DNA from: an uncultured Bacilli bacterium
GTDB lineage: Bacteria; Bacillota_I; Bacilli_A; RF39; UBA660
Direction of reading: 5' to 3'
Assembly (NCBI GenBank): GCA_947624045.1
Contig: CANQIL010000001.1
Coordinates: forward strand, 28,978-92,977
DNA: 64,000 bases
Part shown: piece after piece, positions 1-10,119 of the stretch
Numbering within the stretch: the stretch's first letter is position 1
Layout: each line of letters starts with the position of its first letter
Notes under the pieces: model-generated
Told to the model about the DNA's origin: nothing
Seen by the model: only the letters and a program-made list of their open reading frames with translations
The model's database searches: none
Made by a program: the position numbers and the translations under genes

Positions 1-43
1 ATTTGCATATTGTTCACCTTATATATTTTATTCTTTATGTATT

Positions 44-565
44 TTAAAAATACTTGTCAATTATTTCTTTTATTAAAGATTTGTATTCAACTTTATCAGT
101 AGTAGTTTCTTCTTTTTCTATTAAGCAAAGGGGTGGAAATAAAACGCACCAAAAATTTTTACCTTGACCGTCCCCTAAAGTAATAACAAGTGATTCATAA
201 TAGCCCTCATCATAAATAATATTGTTGTATTCTTTTTTAGGAAAGTAATTTTGGCCATAATTTAGAGAGTAAGCTTGATTAGATTTAGAGGCTTCGAGAG
301 TTGTTTCAATTACTCTTTTAAATTCCGGGAGGCTATTTTTAATATTTTTCCTAGTCATATTTATATCTTGATTAGCCATTTCTTGAAAGTTTATGTTAGT
401 GGTTAAATTATTAACTAGCGTCCTTTTTAAAGACTGGTCTTCTGTAGAGTCACTATTGGCGATTACACGAAAACGAATAGATTCTTTTGGAATGGCAACT
501 TGTTCTTGCTTATTTAGTGTAAGTATTGTAATAATTATTGCTACTACGATAACGGCTTTTTTCAT
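44..565 (-). CDS. spoIIR: stage II sporulation protein R
   Basis: N-terminal hydrophobic anchor. IRFRVIANSDS..EDQ..LK and C-terminal NFWCVLFPPLC motifs as in Bacillus SpoIIR. Confidence 0.85.
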   Translation of the reverse strand: MKKAVIVVAIIITILTLNKQEQVAIPKESIRFRVIANSDSTEDQSLKRTLVNNLTTNINFQEMANQDINMTRKNIKNSLPEFKRVIETTLEASKSNQAYSLNYGQNYFPKKEYNNIIYDEGYYESLVITLGDGQGKNFWCVLFPPLCLIEKEETTTDKVEYKSLIKEIIDKYF

Positions 566-624
566 ATAAAAATCTCACCTTCAATTTAATAGTGAGATAA
601 TATTTGTTTTTTTATACAATTTTT

Positions 625-1446
625 TTAAATATTTTTAAAGATAAAGAAAAAGCGGGGTCTATCGGATAAGTCTTTTTCAATGGATACTTGGACATTTTCT
701 AAGGTGGATTCAACTAGTTTTTGTAAAGCAGGACCTTGAGTTGGGCCAATTTCAAAAGCAACGAGGCAAGTTTTGTCCATATAGTTTTCTAGTCCGGCAA
801 TTATTTTCCGGTAACAGTCAAGACCGTCTTTGCCAGCATATAAAGCTAAGTGGGGCTCATTATTTTTTACAAGTGGGTCTATTTCTTCTGAATCTTTTAT
901 ATAAGGTGGGTTACTGATGATAACGTTATATTTTTTTGAAACGTTTTGCCACATATCACTTTGAAAAAGATGAGCTTTGGAGTGTAAGTTTTGAGCATTT
1001 TTTTTGGCTACTTCTAAAGCTTCGGTACTTATATCGATTAAATCTAGGGAGTTAAGGGCTATTTTTTGTTCTAGGGTTAAGCCGATAACGCCACTTCCAC
1101 AACCTAAGTCTATTAAATTGATGGGTTGTGTGAATTTGGTAGCGATATAATTAATTGTTTTTTCAACTAGTTGTTCCGTTTCAAAACGAGGAATTAAAAC
1201 ATTTTCATTTATATAGAAATTTATTCCATAAAAATTAACATTGCCTAAAACATATTGTAAGGGCTTACCCTCTTTTAAAGCTAAAACTTCTTTTTTGAAA
1301 AGGTCTTCTTTAGCCGGTGGAACTTCTTCATCTAGACAAGTTAGGAGTTCTAAGGGGTTTTTATTTAAAGCTTCGGCTAAGAGAATTTTGGCGTGGTCTT
1401 TATGAATGTGCTCTTTAGCAAAGACAAGTAGTTCTTCAATAGTCAT
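625..1446 (-). CDS. prmC: release-factor glutamine N5-methyltransferase
   Basis: SAM motif DLGCGSGVIG and NPPY (IISNPPYI). Abuts prfA. Confidence 0.9.
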   Translation of the reverse strand: MTIEELLVFAKEHIHKDHAKILLAEALNKNPLELLTCLDEEVPPAKEDLFKKEVLALKEGKPLQYVLGNVNFYGINFYINENVLIPRFETEQLVEKTINYIATKFTQPINLIDLGCGSGVIGLTLEQKIALNSLDLIDISTEALEVAKKNAQNLHSKAHLFQSDMWQNVSKKYNVIISNPPYIKDSEEIDPLVKNNEPHLALYAGKDGLDCYRKIIAGLENYMDKTCLVAFEIGPTQGPALQKLVESTLENVQVSIEKDLSDRPRFFFIFKNI

Positions 1447-2513
1447 TATTCTTCGGTTTTTCCCTCAATTTTTCTTTTTTGGTCTTCTTGAATTAGAGCA
1501 TTGATAATGTCATCTAAATCGCCGTCCATAACACGGTCTAAATTTTTAGTTGTAAAACCGATACGGTGGTCTGTTACTCTATTTTGTGGATAGTTATAAG
1601 TCCTTATTTTTTCAGCACGGTCGCCTGAGCCTATCTTACTTCTTCTTTCGGCTCCGGCTTCTTCTAGTTGACGTTGTAATTCTAACTCATAAAGACGACT
1701 TTTTAAAACTTTTAAGGCTTGCTCTTTATTTTGAATTTGACTACGTTCATTTTGACACGTAACAACAGTATTAGTAGGCAAGTGCGTTATACGAACGGCA
1801 GAATCAGTAGTATTAACGCCTTGGCCACCACAACCACTAGAACGATATATATCAATACGTAAATCATTAGGATTTATCTCAATATCAATTGAATCATCAA
1901 CCTCTGGCATAACTAAAACGGTAGCGGTTGAAGTTTGTAAGCGACCATTAGCTTCGGTAACAGGAACTCTTTGAACACGATGAGAGCCACTTTCATATTT
2001 TAATTTTGAATAAGCATTTTTTCCTTTAATAACAAACTCAATTTGACTGTAGCCTCCTGATGTACCCTCTATAGAATTATATACTTGATAAGTAAAGCCT
2101 TGTTTATCGGCATAGTGAGTATACATACGATATAAATCACCGGCAAAAATATTAGCTTCATCACCACCGGCCGCACCTCTTATTTCCATAATAACGTTTT
2201 TGTCATCATTAGGGTCCTTTGGTATTAAAAGTATTTCTAGTTCTTTATCTAATTGGTCTTTTGTTGCCTCCAAAGTTTTTAATTCTTCTTTAGCCATTTC
2301 CCCTAATTCAGGGTCTTTTAGCATTTCTTTGGTACTAGTAATATCAGTTAGAACTTTTTTATATTTCTTGTAGCAAGACACTATATCTTCTAAAGAAGCC
2401 ATTTCTTTGGAATATTCTTTTGTTTTATTAATATCACTTAAAACTTCATTTTTAGTAAGCTCTTGTTGTAGTGTTTCGTATTTATGCAAAGTTGCTTCTA
2501 ATCTTTCTATCAT
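1446..2513 (-). CDS. prfA: peptide chain release factor 1
   Basis: RF1 tripeptide PVT (RVQRVPVTE) and GGQ motif ([22 protein letters not shown]). Confidence 0.97.
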   Translation of the reverse strand: MIERLEATLHKYETLQQELTKNEVLSDINKTKEYSKEMASLEDIVSCYKKYKKVLTDITSTKEMLKDPELGEMAKEELKTLEATKDQLDKELEILLIPKDPNDDKNVIMEIRGAAGGDEANIFAGDLYRMYTHYADKQGFTYQVYNSIEGTSGGYSQIEFVIKGKNAYSKLKYESGSHRVQRVPVTEANGRLQTSTATVLVMPEVDDSIDIEINPNDLRIDIYRSSGCGGQGVNTTDSAVRITHLPTNTVVTCQNERSQIQNKEQALKVLKSRLYELELQRQLEEAGAERRSKIGSGDRAEKIRTYNYPQNRVTDHRIGFTTKNLDRVMDGDLDDIINALIQEDQKRKIEGKTEE

Positions 2514-2552
2514 TTTATCACTCTTTTCTCTTTTAAAGTCGAAAAAACTAGA

Positions 2553-3005
2553 TTACTCTTCTAGTTCTAACTCATCTTCATCTATGACTACTAAGTCTTT
2601 TAAATCTTCATTAGTGTCATCATAATCATCATCTTCAGAATTATCATCATAATTATCTTCTTCTAGGGCATCGGCTTGGTCGTCTTTGTCGGCATTTTCT
2701 TCTTCGTCTTCTTCTTCCTCTTCGTCGTCATCTTCTACTTTTATGACTTTATCAGAAGTATGACGAGTTCTTAAGTCCCAAGTGCCGTCTTCTAAAAGGA
2801 TAAATCTTTTATCAGTAGTTAAAGCAGTGTAATAATCAGCTATTTTAGTTTCAAAGTAGCTTTCTGGTAGTTCTAATAGTTTAATTATTTTTTGGAAAAG
2901 ACTGGCAGTATTAAGTGTTTTACTGCTTTCTTCTAATATTAAATAAGTGATGTCCTTATTAGATAATAATTCCAATTCATCTTTTTTCATATTTTTTAGA
3001 CTCAT
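2553..3005 (-). CDS. rpoE: DNA-directed RNA polymerase delta subunit
   Basis: Structured N-terminal domain followed by a long Asp/Glu tail (DDDEEEEEDEEE...), typical of Firmicute RpoE. Start moved to MSLKN, which has GGAGGG 6 nt upstream. Confidence 0.8.
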   Translation of the reverse strand: MSLKNMKKDELELLSNKDITYLILEESSKTLNTASLFQKIIKLLELPESYFETKIADYYTALTTDKRFILLEDGTWDLRTRHTSDKVIKVEDDDEEEEEDEEENADKDDQADALEEDNYDDNSEDDDYDDTNEDLKDLVVIDEDELELEE

Positions 3006-3114
3006 ATCTAGCCCTCCTATATTCAAAACATTATATGCTAATTTTAAAGATATGTTAGTGCTTTAAAATATCAATATCACTTATAACATATATCTTTTAT
3101 AAATACAACACTTT

Positions 3115-4857
3115 TTACATTTTTTTTGGAACTTTTATACCTAAAATATCTAAAAGTAAAAGGTTTAAGTCATATACTATTTTGGTTAAAACAAGACGGC
3201 TTTCTTTTAGGGAGGTATCTTGTTCAGTTAGGATTTTGTTTTCGGCATAAAACTTGTTGTAGGTGGCAGTTAGGTTGTATAAAAACTCGCATATTTCATT
3301 TAAAGATTTGGTTTCTAAAGATTTATCGATAACGGTTGGTAGGGTTAAAATGTACATCGCTAGTTGCCTTTCTTCTTTGGTTGGGAGGGTGGTTATGTTT
3401 TGGTAGGTAGTTTGAGATTTGGTTAAAAGTGATTTCATTCTGATAGTTGAATATAAAAGGTAAGGGCCGGTTTTACCCTCTAGGTCGGCAAATTTTTCTT
3501 CTTCAAAAATGTAGTCGGTACTGCGGAAAGCTAGGAAGTCGGCATATTTTAAAGCGGCAATGGCGACATCTTTAGAGATTTCTGTACGTTCTTGGTCATC
3601 GGTGATGTCAGGGTTTAGACGTTTTAGGGTTTCTTCATTTATTAATTTAATTAGGTCTTTTAAAGGCATAATACCGCCATCTCTAGTTTTAAAAGGTTTA
3701 CCGTCTTTGCCATTCATAGTACCAAAGCCGATGAATTCTAGTTTGACACTATCGGGAACGATTTTAGAAAGACGAGCGGCACGGAAGACTTGTTCAAAGT
3801 GTAAGTTTTGGCGTAAGTCGACACAGTACCATATTTCATCAGGCGCAAATTCTTTTTGACGCTGTAGAATTGTGGCTAAGTCGGTAGTGGCATAAGATAG
3901 GGAGTTGTTTGATTTGATAAATAGTAAAGGTGGCATAGGAGCTTTGTCTTCGGTAGTGGCTACTTCAACTATAGTGGCATTGTCGCTTAGTTTTAAAAGA
4001 TTCTTTTGGGTGAAAATGTCTTTTAGTTCAGAAAGGTAGCTAACGGAATCACTTTCACCTAGCCATAGTTCAAAAGAAACATTTAAGTCATCATAAACTT
4101 TTTTGATAGCTTCTTTAGAAATATTAACTACTTTTTGCCATAGTTCGTAATAGCCTTTGTCGTGATTTTGAATTTTAAAAGTAATTTGACGAGCTTCTTC
4201 AAGATAGGCTTCGTCCTCTTTAGCTTTTAGGGAAGCGGTAGGATAGATTTCTTCTAAGTCGGCATTGGTAATTGGTAGAGAAATTTCACTATAATCGCCT
4301 TGGTAAGATTCATCAAAAAAGGCAAGATGTGGATAACGCTTTTTTATTTCTAATAAGACTAAACCTAGAGGGCGGCCATAGTCGCCTAGATGGGCATCGC
4401 CTAAGCAGTCATAACCTACTAATTTAGCTAGACGTTTTAGGGCTTCGCCTAGATTTGCGCTACGTAAGTGACCGACGTGTAAGGCTTTAGATACATTGGC
4501 GCCACCATAATCAATGATTATCTTTTTAGGCTCTTTTTTATCAATACAAGAAAAATGGTCATTATTAAATTCGTTTAGGACGGAAATTAAAAAGTCCGTT
4601 GAAAGGGTTAAGTTGATAAAGCCCGGAGGAGCAATGTTGATATTAGTAAAACGGCTATCAGTTTGTAGGACGTTTTTTATATCTTCGGCTATTAGCATAG
4701 GATTTTTATGATACGTTTTAGCTAGAGTTAGGGCGTTATTTATTTGATAGTCGCCTAAGTCTTTTCGATTAGACGGTAGTAAGATGACATTATCTTCATA
4801 GCCGGCTTCTAGGACTAGATTAGTTAAATCGGCATTTAATTTTTTTAATATACTCAT
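3115..4857 (-). CDS. argS: arginine--tRNA ligase
   Basis: 580 aa with class-I HIGH motif HVGHLRS. Overall ArgRS-like layout ending ...KKM. Confidence 0.95.
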   Translation of the reverse strand: MSILKKLNADLTNLVLEAGYEDNVILLPSNRKDLGDYQINNALTLAKTYHKNPMLIAEDIKNVLQTDSRFTNINIAPPGFINLTLSTDFLISVLNEFNNDHFSCIDKKEPKKIIIDYGGANVSKALHVGHLRSANLGEALKRLAKLVGYDCLGDAHLGDYGRPLGLVLLEIKKRYPHLAFFDESYQGDYSEISLPITNADLEEIYPTASLKAKEDEAYLEEARQITFKIQNHDKGYYELWQKVVNISKEAIKKVYDDLNVSFELWLGESDSVSYLSELKDIFTQKNLLKLSDNATIVEVATTEDKAPMPPLLFIKSNNSLSYATTDLATILQRQKEFAPDEIWYCVDLRQNLHFEQVFRAARLSKIVPDSVKLEFIGFGTMNGKDGKPFKTRDGGIMPLKDLIKLINEETLKRLNPDITDDQERTEISKDVAIAALKYADFLAFRSTDYIFEEEKFADLEGKTGPYLLYSTIRMKSLLTKSQTTYQNITTLPTKEERQLAMYILTLPTVIDKSLETKSLNEICEFLYNLTATYNKFYAENKILTEQDTSLKESRLVLTKIVYDLNLLLLDILGIKVPKKM

Positions 4858-4872
4858 TGTTACACCTCATTT

Positions 4873-5319
4873 TTAATTTTTAAGATTTGCTAGTTCTATT
4901 TTATAAGTATAATTTTCTTTAGCAAAGCTATACTTGATTTGAAGAGAAGTTTTAGTTTTTTTAATGGATTTGGTTTTGACAGGTAGACTCATTTTTTGGT
5001 CTAGGTCAGAAAACTCAATAGATAGGTATGGGTGTTTATCATTAAAATAGATAGTTAGGGTATACTCATTGGTTTTTCTTATTAATATGAATGAGTCATA
5101 ATCAAAGGTTACAAGGGCATCATCTTCTTGGTAGGTTAAAGTTTTATCAGTATGTGTGGCAGTTGTTTGAAAAGTTTGGTTGTTATCTTTACTTTCTATT
5201 GAGATAGTTAGATTTATTTGGTTGTATTCATCTTTTGATATATTCTTTTCAATTTCAGATAACTTGTCTTGTTGTTTGGTAGTTGCATTTTTTTCGGAAA
5301 TAATCATTTTTCTGGACAT
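4873..5319 (-). CDS. DUF1934 (YwiB-like) protein
   Basis: 148-aa ORF immediately upstream of argS, the conserved position of YwiB/DUF1934 in Bacilli. Called mainly from position and size. Confidence 0.6.
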   Translation of the reverse strand: MSRKMIISEKNATTKQQDKLSEIEKNISKDEYNQINLTISIESKDNNQTFQTTATHTDKTLTYQEDDALVTFDYDSFILIRKTNEYTLTIYFNDKHPYLSIEFSDLDQKMSLPVKTKSIKKTKTSLQIKYSFAKENYTYKIELANLKN

Positions 5320-5538
5320 TTATATCACCCCTCATTCAAAATTTCTAGTTTAAATTATACCAAAAAGTCATTAGTTTTATAAAGAATTTTATTAAAATAA
5401 GTAGCACTTATACCTACTAAATAGGCTTTTTCGATAGAAAAAAATAAGTGCTTGAAGAATAGCTATTTGTATTATATAACATTTGAAGAATAAATAAAGC
5501 CTTTTTTGGTGTTTTGTATTAAATTATTTGAATTAACT

Positions 5539-5571
5539 AAAAAAAGACCCAATTCACAGCTTGAATTAGGT
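5539..5571 (-). terminator. rho-independent terminator (orphan or attenuator)
   Basis: Minus-strand hairpin ACCUAAUUCA-AGCUG-UGAAUUGGGU (10 bp including one G-U) followed by CUUUUUUU. Confidence 0.5.
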
Positions 5572-5657
5572 GCTACACAAATTATTGGGTAACACTCAAC
5601 ACCTTGGAAATATTGAATGTTCCTTTTTTATTTTATGCAAGTTTCCTTGACAAAGAC

Positions 5658-5686
5658 ATAATAACGCGAAAACGCACTTTTAGCAA
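5658..5686 (-). promoter_or_regulatory. candidate sigma-A promoter
   Basis: Minus strand TTGCTA, 17-nt spacer, TATTAT. Lies about 110 nt upstream of the 5539-5571 terminator. Confidence 0.35.
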
Positions 5687-5846
5687 GTACGTTTTTTTTA
5701 CTGATAATTCTCTTTTCTTAATATATATGTCTTTTAAGAATAAGAAAAACTTACTTTGAAATTATATTTATTAAAACTACTTTTTTTATACATAAATTAT
5801 TTTATTTTTTTAATACTAATAGTAGAGTAAGGAGAAGAAGCTTGGT

Positions 5847-7817
5847 ATGAAAAAAAGACATATTTTGAGAAAGTTATTTTTTTTGGGGATATTTTTGATA
5901 ATGCTTGGAGTTGGAGGTAGTTATTTGTATGTTAAAATGTCGCCTAAGTTAAGAATTAATACCGCTAATAATTTGGTTTTATATGATAATAAGGGGGAAG
6001 TGTTTTTTCAGGGGAGTCAGTCAAAAGAATGGGTTAAGTTAAAGGATATATCGGATAATGTTATTAAAGCAACTATTAATACGGAAGATAAGAATTTTTA
6101 TAAGCATAAGGGCTTTGATTTTTTGAGAATTTTAAAAGCGAGTTTTATTAATTTAAAGAATAAAAGTAATGTACAGGGAGCTTCTACTATATCGCAACAG
6201 TATGCGAAGAATTTGTTTTTAACTTTTGATAAGACTTGGAAGAGAAAATGGGATGAAATGCTTTATACAATGCGAATTGAGGCTAATTATTCGAAAGATG
6301 AGATATTGGAGGGATATCTTAATACGATAAATTATGGACACGGTAAGTATGGTATTGAAAATGCGGCTAAGTTTTATTTTAATAAGTCGGCTTCACAACT
6401 TGATTTGGCAGAGGCAACTATGTTGGTGGGCATACCTAAGGCACCATCAAAGTTTTCACCGTTTATTGATTTTGAAACGGCTAAGGAAAGACAGTTATTA
6501 ATTTTAAATTTAATGGTTAAAAATGAGGTTATTAGTGAAGAAGAAAGAGATAAGGCTTATAATGAGGAGTTAACTTTGGTTGGAAAAGATAATGAGGAGG
6601 AAGTTTCTTCAATTATGTATTATCAAGATGCAGTTTCTAAGGAATTAGAAAGTTTGCAGGATATTCCAGCTTCTTATAATGATAATAAGGGTTTGAAGAT
6701 TTATACTAATTTAGATGTGAGAATGCAGAAGAAATTAGAAGATACGGTTAAAGAAACGATTCCGCAAGATGTTTCTATTGAAACGTCAGTTGTGATGATG
6801 AATCCTAATACAGGGGGAATTGTTGCGCTTATGGGCGGAAAGGATTATGATAGTTCTTCTTATAATAGAGCGCTTTCTTCAAAAAGACAGGTAGGCTCAA
6901 CGATGAAGCCATATTTGTATTATGCGGCTTTGGAAAATGGCTTTACTTCTAGTTCGGCTTTTACTAGTGAGGCTACTACTTTTACTTTTGATAATCAAGA
7001 TGATTATTCGCCTAAAAATTATAATGATAAATATGGTAATAAGCCTATTTCAATGGGTACGGCAATTGCTTATTCAGAAAATATTTATGCGGTAAAGACG
7101 CATTTGTTTTTGGGAAGTGATGCGTTAATTAATGTAGCACGCCGTGTTGGAATTACGGCTAAGCTTGAAGATATTCCGTCTTTGCCTCTTGGTACTAATG
7201 AAATAAATATTATTGAAATGGCGGCAGGATACTCGGCTTTTGCGAATGAGGGTTATAAGATAAAGCCACATTTTATTGAGAAAATTGAGGACGGAGAGGG
7301 CAAAGTTTTATATGAGGCACCAAATACTAAGGAGTTAGTTTTAAATAGTAGTTTGACTTTTATTTTAAATAATTTATTGACGGCTACTTATGACGCAGAT
7401 TATATTGATTATAATTATCCAACGGCTATAAGTTTAGCGGCTAAGCTTAAGCATAAGTACGCTTTGAAAAGTGGTACGACTAATAGTGATAATTGGAATA
7501 TAGGTTTTAATAAGGATATTCTTTGTGCAGTATGGGCCGGATATGATGATAATAAGGAGCTTACGACTAGTGATTATAAGTATGCACAAAATATTTGGTA
7601 TAACTCGGTTGAATTTTATGAGGAGGGCAAATCAGATGATGAAACTTGGTATAAGAAACCTCAGAATGTGACAGGTATGTTTGTAGAGCCTATATCAGGT
7701 AGACCGGCTACGGAAGCAGATGAAAAGAAGAAGTTGATGTATTTTATTAAAGGTACGGAGCCGTCTAGTACTGATGAAACTTTTGATGAGATAGCTAGTA
7801 AGGAGCACGCTTCGTAA
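5847..7817 (+). CDS. class A penicillin-binding protein (glycosyltransferase/transpeptidase)
   Basis: N-terminal TM anchor. GT51 motifs EDKNFYKHKGFD, GASTISQQ and KRKWDE. Transpeptidase STMKP (SxxK) and KSGTT. Confidence 0.9.
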   Translation: MKKRHILRKLFFLGIFLIMLGVGGSYLYVKMSPKLRINTANNLVLYDNKGEVFFQGSQSKEWVKLKDISDNVIKATINTEDKNFYKHKGFDFLRILKASFINLKNKSNVQGASTISQQYAKNLFLTFDKTWKRKWDEMLYTMRIEANYSKDEILEGYLNTINYGHGKYGIENAAKFYFNKSASQLDLAEATMLVGIPKAPSKFSPFIDFETAKERQLLILNLMVKNEVISEEERDKAYNEELTLVGKDNEEEVSSIMYYQDAVSKELESLQDIPASYNDNKGLKIYTNLDVRMQKKLEDTVKETIPQDVSIETSVVMMNPNTGGIVALMGGKDYDSSSYNRALSSKRQVGSTMKPYLYYAALENGFTSSSAFTSEATTFTFDNQDDYSPKNYNDKYGNKPISMGTAIAYSENIYAVKTHLFLGSDALINVARRVGITAKLEDIPSLPLGTNEINIIEMAAGYSAFANEGYKIKPHFIEKIEDGEGKVLYEAPNTKELVLNSSLTFILNNLLTATYDADYIDYNYPTAISLAAKLKHKYALKSGTTNSDNWNIGFNKDILCAVWAGYDDNKELTTSDYKYAQNIWYNSVEFYEEGKSDDETWYKKPQNVTGMFVEPISGRPATEADEKKKLMYFIKGTEPSSTDETFDEIASKEHAS

Positions 7818-7820
7818 AGG

Positions 7821-7846
7821 GCACTTTGGGTTGAAAGTGCTTTTTT
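7821..7846 (+). terminator. rho-independent terminator of the PBP gene
   Basis: GCACTTT-GGGTTG-AAAGTGC followed by TTTTTT, 4 nt after the stop codon. Confidence 0.7.
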
Positions 7847-7858
7847 ACTTTATCACAA

Positions 7859-7898
7859 AAACAAAGACTTAATAAGTGCATTAGTTAAGTCTTTGTTT
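7859..7898. terminator. hairpin terminator between convergent genes
   Basis: 14-bp perfect inverted repeat AAACAAAGACTTAA / TTAAGTCTTTGTTT with a 12-nt loop. T-rich on both sides. Confidence 0.6.
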
Positions 7899-7936
7899 AC
7901 TTTTATCAAGTAATTTTTAAGGTTATTCTATTTATG

Positions 7937-9961
7937 TTATGGCACAAAGGACAAGCGACAAGAATAATTTGGATTAGAATATCCATTATTAAAGAACACA
8001 CTAAACACTCCAGCGTCTGTATTACGACTGTAATAGCCACCACGGACAAGCCACGAGGAAGTGCGACTAACAAATTCAGTTTTATCACTATACCAATTAG
8101 CTGTTTCTAACAAACTATGACCATAACAATTTTCTCCGTTGCAAGCTGATTCTAGCTTAGCTAATGCCCAATCTTCCATTGTTGGATTGGCACTTTTATA
8201 TTTGTTATAATATTCAGTGTTAGGTAATTCATATATTCCTGTTGGATTACCCTCTTTATCTAAGCCTTTAAATCCCGAACTTCCTAAATTATCTCCTGCT
8301 GCAATTTGTCCATTATTCTCTCCTACTCCTTGCGCATCATATTCTAATACTCCCATTACATATTCAGAAACTCCTCCACTTATATCATAAATACCATATA
8401 TTGTTCCAGTTGTACTTGCTCCTGGACCTGCTTGACCTTTTCCTGTTCCTAAATTAGTTATATTATTATAAAAAAATTGTTGTTGATTTGTTTCATATTG
8501 ACTTGATGTTCCATTACTGCTTCCCGTTAAATAATAACTTGATTTATTTTGATATATTTCTTTATTTACTCCTATATAATTTTTGTTTCCATATTTGCCA
8601 TATTTACTTTGGGATAGATAGGCGACTGTTCCCCATTCATCATTTTTCATCATGTGTAAATTGCCACTAGCACTAAAGCCATAATTGTTTGCATAGTGTA
8701 GTTGCATACTCCTAGCCATATAGAAAAAACTACTTACTGTTTGATTTCTTATAGATGAAAGGCCAGGTTTTACTGTTACATTACTTACATTACAATTTGT
8801 ATCAATACAAGCTTGAACATCTGATAATAAATTACCTGTTGGTTCAAACTTTCCTACCCATAGGCCACTTCTCTTTTCCCCACCAAAATCAAAGGCTTCA
8901 TTAGTACGCCAATTGGTTGGTGTATCTCCTGTATATTGTGCACTTCCTGTTTCTGTTACTTTCGAAATAAACTTTACATCTATTTCGCCTGGTAAATCTT
9001 CCGTTGGATTATCGTTACCAAAACTGGCTTTTCCAAAATAAGCTTTGCCATTTTCACTTTTTATGGTATATGAGTATCTTGGTATCCACACCCACATGGT
9101 ATTGATATAATCCATCTCTATTGAAGTTCCAACTGCTGCTTCTTTTATTTCATCTCGTTTATCGGCAATTATTGTTACAGCATTGGCCCATTTTTGATTA
9201 GAGTAGTCATACCAATTATTATTCTCATTATTTATATCAGCTTTTTTCCATGTGCCTTCTGTTGCACTAGTTGCTTCATAATATACTGGTATCATATCGC
9301 CATTTAATTCTGGTTTGTTTGGTATATTATCTAGGCTTGAACCATTTTGTCCTTCTGCTTCTTCTTTTGTTAAACTTTCAAAGATAAAGCCTCTATCTAA
9401 TCCTCCTAAAGTAACAGGATTTTTAGGAATGTCTTCGGCACTATGACTAAAGGTTACTCTTAAAGTTACTATTTCTTGTGTTTCTGCTTTTAATAAATCA
9501 ATACTAGAAAAGTCAGTATTTCCATTAATAGCTGTTTTACTATAATTGACCTCATATACTACATTATTTTTTAATAAATCTTGATCACTTGAAGCAGTCT
9601 TACCACTTCCTACAAATGTTAAATTAGAACTTTTGCCTGTTACGTCTACTAATTTAGCAGAAATAGTTCCGGTATTTTTTACAGGAATAGTAAAAGTACA
9701 AGAATCTCCTGGTTTAGTAAATTCGACACTCATTCCAGAAATACTAGTCCCATCAATTGTACCTATACTACATTTAGCCATTCCTGCCTTGGTAGTTTGT
9801 ATTTCATCTTTTAAAAATACTACGTCCCACGTACTAGCCGGCACTTTTGCTGTACCTGTTATATTTAATCTTGTTGACAATAAAGCATAACCAATTGACA
9901 AGACAAGTACTGCTGCGCAAAGACAAGCTATTATAATTAATTTAGTTTTTCTACTATTCAT
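7937..9961 (-). CDS. secreted or surface protein, paralog 1 of the 20282..22366 product (C-terminal C-type-lectin/FGE-like domain); function unknown
   Basis: N-terminal signal anchor KLIIIACLCAAVLVLSIGYALLS. Long blocks shared with the paralog: PELNGDM.PVYY, MDYINTMWVWIPRYSYTIKSENG, HMMKNDEWG.VAYLSQS.YGKYGN, GKGQAGPGASTTG, YVMGVLEYDAQ. Tail ...RGGYYSRNTDAGVF...SCRLSFVP. Confidence 0.8.
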   Translation of the reverse strand: MNSRKTKLIIIACLCAAVLVLSIGYALLSTRLNITGTAKVPASTWDVVFLKDEIQTTKAGMAKCSIGTIDGTSISGMSVEFTKPGDSCTFTIPVKNTGTISAKLVDVTGKSSNLTFVGSGKTASSDQDLLKNNVVYEVNYSKTAINGNTDFSSIDLLKAETQEIVTLRVTFSHSAEDIPKNPVTLGGLDRGFIFESLTKEEAEGQNGSSLDNIPNKPELNGDMIPVYYEATSATEGTWKKADINNENNNWYDYSNQKWANAVTIIADKRDEIKEAAVGTSIEMDYINTMWVWIPRYSYTIKSENGKAYFGKASFGNDNPTEDLPGEIDVKFISKVTETGSAQYTGDTPTNWRTNEAFDFGGEKRSGLWVGKFEPTGNLLSDVQACIDTNCNVSNVTVKPGLSSIRNQTVSSFFYMARSMQLHYANNYGFSASGNLHMMKNDEWGTVAYLSQSKYGKYGNKNYIGVNKEIYQNKSSYYLTGSSNGTSSQYETNQQQFFYNNITNLGTGKGQAGPGASTTGTIYGIYDISGGVSEYVMGVLEYDAQGVGENNGQIAAGDNLGSSGFKGLDKEGNPTGIYELPNTEYYNKYKSANPTMEDWALAKLESACNGENCYGHSLLETANWYSDKTEFVSRTSSWLVRGGYYSRNTDAGVFSVFFNNGYSNPNYSCRLSFVP

Positions 9962-10009
9962 TAACTTTACCTCTTTTTATAAGAATTTAATTATTTACGA
10001 AAAATATTT

Positions 10010-10028
10010 TGAGTATTATCTATACTCA
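10010..10028. promoter_or_regulatory. operator-like inverted repeat 1
   Basis: TGAGTAT-tatct-ATACTCA. Sits at or just downstream of the predicted start of the paralog-1 transcript. Confidence 0.5.
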
Positions 10029-10033
10029 TTTAA

Positions 10034-10062
10034 ATTATATTAAAGCTTTCGAGTATAGTCAA
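10034..10062 (-). promoter_or_regulatory. candidate sigma-A promoter of the 7937..9961 gene
   Basis: Minus strand TTGACT, 17-nt spacer, TATAAT. Confidence 0.5.
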
Positions 10063-10067
10063 TACTC
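10051..10067. promoter_or_regulatory. operator-like inverted repeat 2
   Basis: GAGTAT-agtca-ATACTC overlapping the -35 element of the predicted promoter. Confidence 0.5.
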
Positions 10068-10119
10068 AATTTTGTTTTTTCTTGAGTATTATTGATAATC
10101 TTATAACTAGGTGATGCTT

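Noticed and set aside
316-330. A TTCCGGGA motif inside spoIIR that resembles the NBS core.
   Set aside because: It lacks one C of CCCGGG and the ATTT/AAAT arms, so it is not a credible Noc site.
5320-5720. A T-box riboswitch upstream of DUF1934-argS.
   Set aside because: No GGTGGTACCGCG-type T-box sequence occurs on the minus strand. The only similar string (AATTAGGTGCTACAC) is on the wrong strand. Reported instead as an unclassified promoter and terminator pair.
7937-8090. Paralog 1 as a second (remote) DGR target of the TR at 20009-20170.
   Set aside because: Its 3' end is AT-rich, and its many differences from the TR are spread over all four bases rather than confined to TR adenines.
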